From the NCBI GenBank assembly GCA_964057225.1, contig OZ059898.1, positions 15,624,001-15,688,000 of the forward strand: 64,000 nucleotides of DNA, given 5' to 3'. The notes beneath the pieces are model-generated. The model saw nothing but the letters and a program-made list of their open reading frames with translations. It searched no databases and was not told where the DNA came from. Below, in pieces: positions 29,876-42,964 of this stretch (positions within the stretch are counted from its first letter, which is position 1; each line of letters begins with the position of its first letter). The translations under genes were made by a program, and so were the position numbers. Source of the stretch: Auanema rhodensis (Eukaryota; Animalia; Nematoda).

Positions 29876-30180
29876 ATGCTTAACGTTCATCGACCCAAAT
29901 CTGATTTGGAATCGACAGTTCAAAGGAGTGATATGGGTAAGTTGTTCAATGAACTATCCAATTTCTTAATTTTCAATTTTCTCCGTATTTATCATATTAA
30001 CTTGACTTAAGTTCATGTAATTCATATTTCATGCTTGTAGGCTTAGGAATCTGTGCTCGTGGTCCTCGATTACGATCTTTTCTTCTGTGTGGCTCAACAT
30101 TTCTCATAGCCTTAGGTCTCTTCGTTATTGGATTTATTCTCTATCAAAAGCTCATAAATATTCCCGCCAGGACTAATTAA
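29876..30180 (+). CDS. small (~66 aa) protein with one C-terminal transmembrane helix; exons 29876-29936 and 30041-30180; N-terminus may extend upstream
   Basis: MLNVHRPKSDLESTVQRSDMG/LGICARGPRLRSFLLCGSTFLIALGLFVIGFILYQKLINIPARTN*. Donor G|gtaagt and acceptor ttgtag keep frame; clear hydrophobic helix. Confidence 0.65.
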
Positions 30181-30674
30181 AAAAATATTTTTATATTATT
30201 ATTATATTGTTATAAGCTTCATATCTATGTATATATTGAAATGAAACATAAAGATAAATAAAATTCATAACCATATCTCTGATCTATACATATATACGTA
30301 TTTCATCTTCCTCATTCGACTTTTCTATCGTCCTCTTAAGCCGTAGCAAATGCTACAACAACTGATATTGCATGAGTTTAGCAATCAGCCGTTTCCATGT
30401 ATAGTGTATGTGTATTATTATGAAAAATGAATTATTTAACTACTGTAAACTATAATTATAATAAAAATACAAAATAAATAGATTCAGTTTTTGGTAATTT
30501 GATTTCATTTATTTTCTTTTTCCCGCTTTATCTTCTTCGTTTCGTAATCAAACGTTCCGAGAATTACATCCAAAATTCGTAACAACTTGAACAACCTGAG
30601 TACAAAACTATAGAAAAGCATAGCAACTTGAAACATTTAGATAAAGCTTTTTCTCAAAAAAAAAGAAGGAACAT

Positions 30675-33600
30675 CTAGTTAGTTTTCTGTTTCTTTGAGA
30701 AAGGATCTTTTAATCCACGTTTATAGATTACATAGAAGAATAACGTTGGCCACGCCCATCTCAAGAAAATGGCAAAACGATGAACAGCAGGTGCCATGAT
30801 CAGATCTGTTTCTCGAGCACTGGCTGCTCGAATAATCTCTCGTGAGGCTTCACCTACAGACATTCCCTGAAAGTATAAAGATTAAGAATCGAATCAAATA
30901 CTTATTAAGAGTTTTTGTTAGAATATGAGCAATCATTATCGATAAAAGTTGTTTTAAACATCAAAAATGTAACTTTTAAAGCTTCAAAGATGGTAAAAAG
31001 AAAGGAACGTCTTGTACATAAGAACCTCAAAGTGCACTTTTCAATTTCTAAATGTTTTTTTGATGACAAAAATCATTATGGAAAATGATTTTACAAATTC
31101 ACATGCAGTTATAGTTTTTGAGAAAACAAAAAAAATCTCAATGATTCAACTTGACATACGGTTCTTCATCTTTGGAAATTCCAATAACTTTTGAATTTCC
31201 AACTCGTATACCAAATATAAACCAAATACTCTAACAAGCCGGTTTTCAACCTCACCTCCCGAAATAAGAAACCAAAAAAATTCCAAACACTGTCAAAACA
31301 GCTACATGAATTTTCCAATTTAAGTGCCTGCAACAACTTCGCTCCTCCTTTGTCTCTTCTTTTTCCTCTTTTCTTGGTTCTGCCCCAACTTCAGTCACCC
31401 ATCAGATGGATAGCAGAGAAAAGACGACAGGTAAGAAGACGTCAAGAAACTGCTTGTCGTCTGTCTTTCCGCCGGCAGGTACGTTGAAAGGCAGTTCAGC
31501 AATCTCGAAATGCTTGCTTGTTTTGTAAAACAAAGAAAATCTCTCAGCGACCTATATCAGCCATCAATCTATAGGTCGTCGAGATGGGGGGGGGGGGAGT
31601 TCAGCGAGAACCATATCTACATAGAGCGCTTTGGCGGATGGTTCCAATGTAGTTTCCAATTACTAGACATTTCCTCAGCTATCACCATAATGAATCTAGG
31701 ATTTTTTTGGTTTTTTGTCATTTTTCGTTAAAACGGACGGTGATTCAGATGGTCATAAGCAGCTAGTAATCACTGTCTTTGTTACCCGTCATTGAACCTC
31801 TTAGTCTCTCTTTCTTTCTCTCTGAATTCCTGATTTCCTCTTTCACCAACTTTAGCAGCATAATCTTCTCTCTCTCACTCTCTATTTCTCTTTCTTTCTC
31901 ATTTCTTTCTTGTATCAACCCATCCCACCTTTCTCATTCTAACACCAAGGTGAAGTGCTTCGAGGGCATTGTAACAAGAACGACAAGACTGTTGCCGTTG
32001 CCGTTGCCTTGTTTCTATATATGATACACAAATTTTCATGTTTTAATACTTCAAAAATAAAAAAGAATATTTTATTTTGACAAAATCGTCAGCTTATTTG
32101 TCTTTCTATCTCTAGTTATCATCTGATTATCATTATCTTCTAGTAGTTCCCGTTCATTAACTCCAGATTCGTACAGTTCGATGTTCTTCACACTTTGCTG
32201 GTTCAACAACAAACTCTTATAACCTCATTTCCAATAATTCTTTATCTAACTTTCTATATATTTCGTTTTGTCATTTTATAATCAAAATTCAAAACTGTTT
32301 TGCAGATTTTTCAGATAAGAATGAAAATACTCTTTCTGTTAGTTTCACTCTTCTCTTCAGCACAAGGTACTGTCAATGCTTTTCTCTTAGTTTTTCCTTA
32401 TCAGCTTCTACTAAATCTTCTTCTCTTACTCCAATAACTGATTACTCTTCTCTACATTCTGACCTCATCATATATCATAACTTAACTTGATTAAGGTCAA
32501 TTCGGTTTTTTCCCGGGTTTTGGTTTTCAACCACCTCCACCACCACCACCCCAAGTTAATCCATGGGGTAATTTGTTTGGAAGTCCATTCCAGCAATTCC
32601 CAGCTTTTCAGGTAAGATACAATCTTCGTTTAATTTCAATATGCCCAAGTACAACTTGAATGAACTCCAATTCTTCAGACTATACCGACCACTACAACTA
32701 CTATTCAACCGCCTATTGAGAGTGTTCCTAATCCTGATTTAGAAGTTGGCAATTTCGCAGTGCCTAATCCGCGCATGTGGCCAGTCGGTCCCGACTGGAA
32801 TGACCCTCGTAATACATGGACAAGTGAACAAGGCTGGGGAGGACGTGATTTCGGCAGAAAGCTTATAACTGCAACATCTCCTATAACCACACATGTGACA
32901 CAAACAACAACAATTCCCATGCCACCACAAACCACCACTATGAGGCCAACTCTTGCCCCTGTCTCTTTCACCTCGGATCTTTCCGATGTAGAGAAGAACG
33001 ATCTCATAGCTGAATCAGCTTTCCCTATCGTGCCAATTATTCGTCCAGGTTCATTAGCTGGACCCCCAGGCATTGAGCCTTCTTTCAATATGCCCGTTCA
33101 ACGTAACACAGAAGAAGGTCGTAGTACGATGATGAATCAGATGACCACACGACAAATAGAAAGTGATCATTTGGTACGTCACCGTTCTAGCTCCAGACGA
33201 GGACGTTAAGGCGATCATGACAAACGAAGTATGCAGCACATGACATCATGAGCCACGTGCCGCTAACTTCTCGATGGCAAAAAGATCCAATTCGCCTTAT
33301 TTAGGCAACAATCACAAACCTTCATCTCTCTCTCTCTTCTTTTTTTCGTCAGCATATGCTGACCTTTAGAAAACAGTTAATGAAATGACCTCAACCCGCA
33401 TCAATTCAATCTTTATTCCTTCTTATTTTTCCCCCCAATTTGGCAAGTGTAAAGAATGATTTTTCCAACTTATTTGAATTAAATCTTTCAAAATGCAATC
33501 CAAATCGTTTACAAATATTTTCCTTCTTCTAACCTTGACCTGATCTAGTATGTCTCTTCTCAACCAACTGCACACTGGCTGCTATGCCGTCTTCAGCTGC

Positions 33601-35318
33601 ACACAAATGTATTATTTCATTTGAAAAACAAATGTATTTTGTAAATACTATGTATGTATAATAAATTTTTTATATTTAATCACAAGATTTAGTTCCATTT
33701 TCCGTTTCAGCCATGCTTTTTACCGTTTGTTCAACTAACAATGACGAACCGACGGGAAAATGCTGCACCCCTCCCCCCCTTTTTCTTTCCCCGAAACGGT
33801 CATATCGTATACACTGAACGAACAAACAAATGAGTAAGAACACTCGATTGATTTTCAATGATTTTCAATGTTTTTTTGAGAAAAACTCGAATGAAAATGA
33901 TAAAATGCTGCTGAATTTACAATTAAAGATCTGTATACAAACAAAGATGGTGATAACACTGTCCAAAAGAAAGCTATAGCAATTTTTGCGTTCCCATTCA
34001 ATCATCCCAAAGTACACTATCATAGGTTGATTGTAATCACACTACCTGTTAGCCAAACTTTCTCCAATCATTTCATCTTTTTCTCGCCTTTTGTGAGTAA
34101 TTCTTCGTGACAAGATAGTAGCAATACAACTAACCTTCAATTGATTATCGTCTTCTTTTCCAGTAGGCTTTCCTTCGACATCAAGAGCTCTTGATCCAAA
34201 CCCAGTATTCATATATCCAGCAGATACGACTAAGATATGCAGCTTAGGACGTGATTCTGATCGCAAAGTATCACAAAATGCCTTCAAAGATTCAAAATAA
34301 TTGTTTACAATAACTTAACTTGATGAATAACCTGTAGAGCATGTTTACTTGCAGCATATGAACTTCTGTATGGAATTGGAATTTTGCCTTGAACACTGCT
34401 TGTAACAATGATGCAGCCGTCGTCCGGAATATATGGAAGAAGTTGTTTGGTTATATCAACTTGTCCAAAGTAATTAACATCCATAACTTGTCTCAAAAAA
34501 AACGAAAAAGAATAAAAAAAGGTAAATTGATCGTTGCCACCAAAAATAACCGGAAAGCATTGATGACGACAAGAGTTGGAATTACCTTACCTGTGAATAC
34601 TCATAGGAGTCTCTTCAATAGAACCCCTCATCGAAACTCCAGCATTATTGATTAAAACATGGATCGTTTTACCATCGATAGCTCTTTTACATAGATTGCT
34701 AACATCAATAGTTGGATCAGCAATATCCAAATATCTGGAAAATAACGTTTGCTCGACATCTGAGAGAGATAGGTAAATAACTTACTCATATTCTGGTTCA
34801 TGAGGGTTTTCAGAATAACTATCCTTCAATTCTTCACACAAAGTTTTCAATTTATCCAAACTTCTTGCAACCAAAATCAATTTTGCTCCTTTTTTGTATA
34901 AGTCGAAAGCTAATTGTCTTCCCAATCCTTAACAAGACTTCACTTTAATTCATTTATTTATATACTTATATATATATATAGTTAAGATTAATAAAATCTA
35001 ATAAAAATCCCCACGTTTTACTTTAAATAATAAAAAAATAAAAAGATTTTCGATATGCACTGCTAATTACATCAGCAAAACTTACCGGAACTAGCACCCG
35101 TGATGAGAACAGTCTTATCTTTGAAGCATAATGTGGAGTGATGGTGTGGCCCAGGTATGATCCAATTCAAAATTCTCAAAAGAAGCGTAAAGTTGATATA
35201 AAGTTTATGATTTTATTTATAAAAGTTCTATGATTTACCGACAAACAGCATAAATACCAACTGGAACTACAGCATATGGTAGATATGGACGAATTTGTGG
35301 TAATGAATGCTGCAACAT
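30675..35318 (-). CDS. short-chain dehydrogenase/reductase, DHRS7B-like (C. elegans dhs-30-like), 7 exons, 3268-nt last intron (30867-34134)
   Basis: N-terminal anchor YLPYAVVPVGIYAVC, cofactor motif VLITGASSGLG, INNAG, VMDVNYFG, SSVQGK, catalytic YAASK, AFCDTLRSE, SAGYMNT. Last exon GMSVGEASREII...LRWAWPTLFFYVIYKRG resembles the DHRS7B C-terminus. All junctions GT-AG and in frame. Confidence 0.9.
32321..33209 (+). CDS. secreted Pro/Thr-rich protein (~230 aa) nested antisense in the DHRS7B-like intron; exons 32321-32366, 32496-32611, 32679-33209
   Basis: Signal peptide MKILFLLVSLFSSAQG, then QFGFFPGFGFQPPPPPPPQVNPWG..., Thr-rich tracts and VPNPRMWPVGPDWNDPRNTW. Acceptor tttttcag 6 nt before the ATG; two frame-preserving introns; 531-nt open last exon. 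Confidence 0.85.
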
Positions 35319-36217
35319 GCTTTATATGTTTGTCTTTCACCTGAAGAAGCACATAATTAATCTTATATTACAAAAAAGATGCAAAATAATGAAATAAAAA
35401 TGAAAAGATATAATAAAGTGAATATAGAAGTCTTTACATCGTTACATGTAGTAAGAAAATCTAAATATAATAGTTAAAAAATCAATAAAATACATGCGGA
35501 TCTCTATTGGTATACAGTCATATGGCAAAAGAATTTACACAGTTTAAACGGCAGAAAAATAGAAAATAAAATAGTGATTTTTTCTATAAAATGATTGAAA
35601 AACGGTTTTTTTTCGATAAATAAACGACGATAGTAAGATATAGACAACTATTCCCCCCCTCTCCTCTCCTCCATTCATAGAAGTAACATTTAGGTCCAAA
35701 GGAAAATATTGATAAGGCCTACACACACATAGACAATACCAAATGACAGGTCACAATGTATATGCAATTTCAGATTAAAAAAATGAGAAAAGAACAAAAT
35801 TTTTAATTTTGAAGATGAAAAAATAATTTGTTATTCAACCTTAAGAATTGGTAGAAATTAGGTATGTGCGCTGTCTTTGCACAAAATGAGACCAAAAACT
35901 ATAACTAATCTTCACGAATATCCGAGCAATAAATAGTTTGACAAGTGAAAATAGCAATAACTTCAAAGAGAAGACAATCAAGGAACTTTTTTGTGCTCAA
36001 TAAAGCTTTCAAATCGAAGAGAATTAGAGAAATAAAAGATATTTAAATCTTAATTTCAAAAAGTGAACTGTTTTGAAAACAATACGCATATTATTCACGT
36101 GAATGAACTGTGTCATCCTGTTGACGATGTCATGTCCAGCTTGCACATACTCAAACTACTGCAACTTATTCCTGCTTTCTTTTTCTTTTCCTTCCTTTGT
36201 CATCATTTTCCTCATCC

Positions 36218-36253
<36 letters not shown>

Positions 36254-36270
36254 ACAGCAGCAGCAGCAAC
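36218..36270 (+). repeat. (CAT)n(CAG)n compound trinucleotide repeat
   Basis: Read directly; source of the poly-H/S/D/I ORFs in the track. Confidence 0.9.
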
Positions 36271-37488
36271 ATCTACAGCTGTGGCAATGAGAACATGCTG
36301 CTTGTACGCTTTCCTGTTCTCCATCCTTTCTCTAAGTCTTTCGGCACTTTGCACAACTAACTCCGTCAAACTATTCATATCTTTAGCGTATCATCGCTAT
36401 AAATCAATAAGTTAATGAAGAAAACAAGTAAACTCATTCGAAAATATTGATTGAATAAGGTAGTTTTGATATTATTGTTTGTTTATTAATATTTATATGA
36501 AATAATTAGTTGAAGAGTAGCAAAAAGCTAAATAAAAGTATTAGTAGATATTTAATCTTTCAGTTAGCTTTTAACTATTTCTTACAACTTGATAAAAACT
36601 GAAAGATTAAACAGAAACTTATAACAACGCCGATCTTTGTACTCACATCAATCTATAGGAAATTGATCTCACAAACTTAAAAAAAATGTCGAGTCAACTA
36701 TTTTTATGAGTCAAATAATAAAAAAGAATAATAAAATCATTTTATATAATAAATCAAATCAAATTGTTTAATATTTTAGATTAGTTAACATGTAAATTGT
36801 AAAAAAAAGTTATTAAATCAAGATTTATTATATTCAGTAAATTTCAATACTTTGTAGTCCCGTCGTGTTTAATGATAATGAAAGAGAATTATATTTCAAA
36901 GAAAAATGAGCAAGAAAAGAGCTGACGAATGAAGTTTAACAAATGGTTATAGCTATACGTATAACACTTTGCAAACGTCTAATTACGCTACGAGGCACAT
37001 GTTTAGAAAGGTTTGATTCAGTTCAATATTTGAATTGAATCTATCTAGTTCTAGCTATCAATTGAAACTATCTATCAGGTGATCTAGACCAGTAAAATAA
37101 AATATTTCATTTGTATCCGAAAAACTTGATGAAACAGAGGACTAAATGTTTTTATTCTCCAACTTTACTAAGTCCATTGAACATGCACTAAAGAAGTCTG
37201 AAACATGAAAATAAGTCAATGTTGATGATAAATTGTTTTTTTTTTGTATATTTGAAATATATTTCCCACCCGTCTGCACGTCTGTTTAATGAAAACAATG
37301 CCAACTAGCTTAAACATGGTGTTCACGTGACGCAGCACGCCACTCACGTCAAGCGCATTATTGGGCAAAATACTTATGCTAATCTGCGTTTTAAACTCAC
37401 AAAATGTCTTATAAAACTGATCACATAAGTATTTCGAAGACACGAAGTTGCTATCGATGGTTTACTTCTAAAATGATTATTTATATTT

Positions 37489-37788
37489 ATAAATTATTTG
37501 AAATTACCATCGAAAAATAATAAAATGTATTAAAAATTAAATGGATGTAACATTCATAAAAGATAATTAAAGTAGATGGTTGTTCTTCACTCGTATTACC
37601 ATTCAAAGCATCATAATCATCAAACTAAATATATGAAGTTTGTGTTTTTTGAAAGAAAAATCAGTAAAATCATACGAAATCTTCAATATCATTCGGCGTA
37701 TCTGATATTTGACTCTGGGTCGACCACATGTCCTAAAATATAATTATAAATAATATTTCATAGAGCACATAAAACAATATTTATATAG

Positions 37789-37825
<37 letters not shown>

Positions 37826-37995
37826 TAATATTTTATTGAATAGATTTTGAAATTTAATTTAGTGTTAATTGACTAATAATACATTGGATATGTATGTTTA
37901 AGAATTGTTTTGGTTTCACAAAAACATGAACAGACCTCATCGTCCATAAGGTCTTCGGTTTCCTCATCGACGATCTTATAATTCAACCATTCCAT
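37489..37995 (-). CDS. candidate small acidic protein; exons 37995-37936, 37732-37676, 37624-~37490 (3' end uncertain)
   Basis: MEWLNYKIVDEETEDLMDDE/DMWSTQSQISDTPNDIEDF/FDDYDALNGNTSEEQPSTL...; two phase-0 GT-AG introns; ttttag acceptor ~30 nt before the ATG; no recognisable homology. Confidence 0.4.
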
Positions 37996-39238
37996 TGAAA
38001 TAAAGTTTCTGATCTACTAATGTGTTCTAAAAATAACTAAAAATATTTAAAAATATATATTTTGCTATATATATAAAGAAAAAACAATTATAGAGAGAGA
38101 TAGAGAGATAGGTTACACTTGTTACTTTTCAAAACTTTTGTGGAACATAGCAATTTTAAAAAGTGAAAATGAAGTATGAATACAGAAAATACTGAAGATA
38201 CTGATGTTGCTATTGATGATACTAATATTAGTCCTGATTCTAACAGTAATTATATATATATATATATAGTTAAATATGGTTAGTAGTTTGAAATTATTGA
38301 CAAACTTTCATAATACAATCACATATCCGAATGCAATATAACTAAACAGTAGCCTATTTCATCATTTACATAGTCATAAATATTATTAACGTACACAACA
38401 TTACAGGTTGTAAAAAGAGCTTTGAAATTACTGGAGAAACTTTAATTACCAACTTAGGAAAAAGAAGATTTCAAAAAACAAAACAGCATAAGCATCAATT
38501 TTTGTTTTTTTTTTTCAAATTAGATATTATTAAGATTTAAATATGAAAATATAATTTCAAACATTAAGAATACTATTTCATTTTAAATATATTTGAATGT
38601 TTTTTCGTAAAAAGCTCTGAATAATTGACAGTACTTTCATAAAAACATCTTTGATGTTTGAAAGTAATATCATTAATGCTGATATTTGATCTAAAATATT
38701 TCTTGTTAACTGACTTACTCACGAATAATAGCAAATGAAACTAAACTAAATACATAGAATGATTAAGTTTCTCAATCAAGTTATTTATACTTATTTTCTA
38801 AGTAAAAACATTATAAATCACCTTCAATCTCTCTTGCACCATAGTGTGCATCTCAAGTCCAAACTCATTTTTATTAAGCTCCAATTTACAATATTTTATT
38901 TATTTATATATATATATATAATAAAATTATTAAAATTATAATAATATTCAAATATTTTTATGGAAAACAATTTGTTTTCTTGTCACCTCACATCGAATTA
39001 CTTCTATAAAGGCATATGTACATGCATATGTCTCTTGTTTTGCAACTTTTATCCGTTGTATATCATTTATTTTGAACCTTTTTTTCAAAGTTTGATTCTT
39101 TTCATTCATTTTAGTTGATATTTTATCAATTTAGCAATATATTTATCAGATAGAGGTTAATGAATACACAAAAGTGGCTTATAACTCCTTGATTTATTGC
39201 ATAATCGAACTTGAGAAAATCTCCCACCCCTCATTATT

Positions 39239-39273
<35 letters not shown>

Positions 39274-40016
39274 TTCTCTCGCTCTCTCTCTTTTTCTCTT
39301 TCATTGTATCTTTCGAACTTTCTATCTCCTCCCTCCATATATACCTCTGAGACCGCGCGTGTTTATTTCATTTCGAACTTTTCAGCCATTATCACAGACT
39401 ATAGAGACAACTGAAAGATATTGGACAACATTGACGACGACGACGACGACGACGATAACGACGACGACAATCTTCATATGTTCATGTATGATGTATGAAA
39501 TATCAGAAGATTATTATATAACAAACAATACTTGTCATTGCGGAAGCTTTTTTATTTTATTTTTCTTATCATCAAATTTTTTAAAATTTCTCATAAATTC
39601 AATATTTCAATTAATTGTTCATGAACAATACTTATATATATAAATAATAAACACAATCTTATATCATTTAGATTGTTTGATATGTCGCATTATGATTCTT
39701 TTTCATATTTTTTCAAAAGTTATCTTCTGATTAGTTATTCAGATACTTACATCCTTTTTCCGTCTTCCACCTTCTTTTTCACATTAAAATCTTTGCAAGT
39801 TGCAAAAAATATGAAAAATACTTTCAAAAATTCACTAGTTTGATTCAACATTGATAATGAGAAAACCATACTTAATCGGCAACATGTTTTAATGGACCGA
39901 TGAGCTTTTCGTCATTTTTTTCATTTTTTCCTCAATTTTCCGCTAACATTCACTTGTTAATGAAGTAATTTTCAGAATATTGTGGTTTAATCTGGTTTAT
40001 TGTATTATATTCTAAG

Positions 40017-42316
40017 ATGGTTGTCGTTTGTGAACCAATTGTTGCTAAAGAAATGACAGAATTGGCTTACAACGTTCCAATTTTCATTCTTTGTGTTATA
40101 AAGACCGTGTTGGGTCCCCTTGGTATTGGAATATCATGCAGAGCTGTTTATAAATCTGTAAGCTTTTCCTCTATTACAACTTATTATGAAACTTAGATTA
40201 GGTTGTATAGTATGCTATTCTTATTATTCTTATTCTAAGTAATGTTGTTGTTGTTGTTGTTGTTGTTGTTTACCAATTTGAATATATCATAATAAGATTT
40301 ATTTATTTTCAGAAATTACAATGGCTAGGACACCCGAATGCTAAATGCATCTTCTTAACTCATATCATGTCCACAATTTTTGCAGCATTTTGGTTATCTT
40401 ATATGTACTTTCATGATAGTTTACGGTAATATACTGTTCTATTTTTATTTATATATTTATATATAAAGTTTTCCTTAGATTTACGTTGAATATTAAAAAT
40501 CCATGTGATCGAACATTATCAGCTTTTTGGGCTTTCCATGCTATTATGTTATATGCTGCTGGTGATTGTTGTCAAGTAATTCTATTCTTACTTTCTTTGA
40601 TAATTGCATGAATTTATTTTTTTTTATGTAAAGAGAGAAAGAAAAATAATAACATAGTTATGATGCATATACATATGTATATATCAAGATCAGCTGTACA
40701 ATCACAAACTTTGAAACTTGAAATAGTGAATGACATCAAAAACAATATAGTTTTTTTTCTTTAATAAGTTTGAAACTAGTATTTTACTGGATAAAATAAT
40801 ATGAAATTATCATAAATTAATAAATATTGTGAAAATTAATATTATTTAAATTATAATTTTTAAGAATTATAATTCTGATTATATATTTTTATAGATTTTT
40901 ACCCTATTTTCATTATCAATTGAACGCTTACTAGCATCTATTTGGCCTGAAACTTATGAAAAAGTCAAAACATTCAAATATGGATTAATGCTATCAATCA
41001 TCAGTGTATGTTTATATAAATAGAATATTTTTTACGTAATATTATAATGTTTCAAATAGACAAAAATTGATTTTATCAAATTGTTTCAATCACTTTCATT
41101 AAAGGTAATTCTTGGTATTGGGACTGTTTATGGTCTACTTATTCCTGGAATTAGCTATGATAAGCCTAAATCAGTGTTTAGTGTGGTTTATGATTTCAAT
41201 AGATCTAGATATATGGTATGATTATAAATTCCTTAATTTTTCTATCATTTCCATTTGGATTCACCAATTGTAGATACTTAAATGGATTGAATTCGCCTGT
41301 GAAATTGCATCATTAAGCTTGTTTTCGTTTGTATATTTCTATAATAAACGTGGAGCCCTTCAAAAATTTCGATCTACGCTAGGCAGCAATTATCAAAAGT
41401 TGGAAAATAGGTAATCTTTCATATAGATCTTAGATGAAATTTATTTTTGTAATCACTTTTTTTCAGAAAAATTGTTGAATTATTATGGCCTGTATTCATC
41501 GTACAATTTCTTATTTATACATTAAATCATTTTGGTTTAAGCATTCTTGTAGTAAGTATTTGAATATTTTTCTATTTAAAAACAAAATTTGCAAAAAGTA
41601 AAGTACAAGTAATTGAAAAATTTCAAAATTTCAAAAGTTCAAATTCAATGAAAGAGCATTGTTATTATTATTATTATTATTATAATTATTAACTTAACTA
41701 TATGATATTATTTATAAATCAAAATCAAAATTGAATTTTCAAAACTAATATGCTATTATGAAAAAAAAATTATTTTTATAATAATATACAGTATACATGA
41801 ACTAAATTACAATAGATGTTTTTGGAAAAAAAGGGAAATCAATTCTTCAGTTTCTTCTTCTTCTTTTAGTATTTTTTTAAATTTCAAATAATAGAAAATA
41901 CAGATGTTCTTTAGAAAATGCAAACATCTATGTATATTTGCATGTTTATCATATTCATTCACAGTTTTATTTTTTGTTCCTTCTTGCTCTTCTTTAAGCT
42001 TTTTAATTAAAAAAAAAGTAATTTATAATGCTTACTCTAATATCTTAGTTAAATAACATTATAATACTACAAGATGAAGAAATTATAGAAAAGTGGTACT
42101 GTTCTATCAGCTATTGACTTCTTTGTTCGAGGCGAATTTGTTGCTTGGACCGGACTTTATTCAGTACTCATGCCATTAATCCTTAGCAAGACCATTGCAA
42201 GACGTAATAGACGTCAAATTCAAAGTACGAGTATACAAAGTCAAAATATGTTTTTACCTATCGATCAACTATTCGATCAACAAAAAATCAAAACTAACAG
42301 TTCAAATAAAAAATAA
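40017..42316 (+). CDS. nematode serpentine chemoreceptor, Sra superfamily (srab/sra/srb-like), 8 exons: 40017-40157, 40313-40425, 40479-40575, 40895-41005, 41105-41215, 41274-41410, 41467-41551, 42089-42316
   Basis: Seven hydrophobic segments; family motifs HPNAKCIF, NPCD, SLSIERLLAS...YEK and LGSNYQKLENRK. All seven introns GT-AG and frame-preserving. Confidence 0.85.
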
Positions 42317-42964
42317 AAAATATTATTATTATTCTTGTTATTATAAAATCTTTAACTATATGTATATACTGTATTAAAATGTTATATTATTTAATTATTT
42401 AATTATGTATATTATATAGGTTAATTATTATTTATTTTAAATTGATTTATATGTTCTTCCATTCATTCTCTCCCTTTCAATATCCACATATCTTATTGTA
42501 ACTATTGGCTAATGTCATGATACATGATGATGAAGTATCATCGGCTTTACTTCTTCATGTCATATCATGATGATATTCTTATATATGAGCATATCTATAT
42601 AATATTGTTATTTTGACACTTTATATTCGCTCATTATGCAGAATGATTTGGATGAATATATACGTGAAGTACGTGAAAAAGTTAAGTGTGTATGCTAATA
42701 TTTCTCCATGTCATTTAGAATTGACGCAAAACGATGATCGGTTGCATAATTGAATTGTGTTATATTATATTATATTATATTATTACTATGTATGTATATA
42801 TTAAAATTATTTATTTTAATATAAATAACTTTTTTTCAAATTTTTAATTGATTTATTTTGTGTTTTTTTTCTTAATAAAAACTGTACTGCATTATAAAGC
42901 TTTTCACATTCTGCATAAAATGTAAAATAATATTATTTAAGAGAATATATTGTTAAAATTATTT

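Noticed and set aside
32705-33088. 127-aa minus-strand ORF
   Set aside because: Antisense shadow of the nested + strand gene, which has the signal peptide and splice sites.
40199-40211. taggttgtatagt, identical to part of let-7
   Set aside because: The seed (TGAGGTAG) is absent and there is no hairpin partner; it lies in an AT-rich intron.
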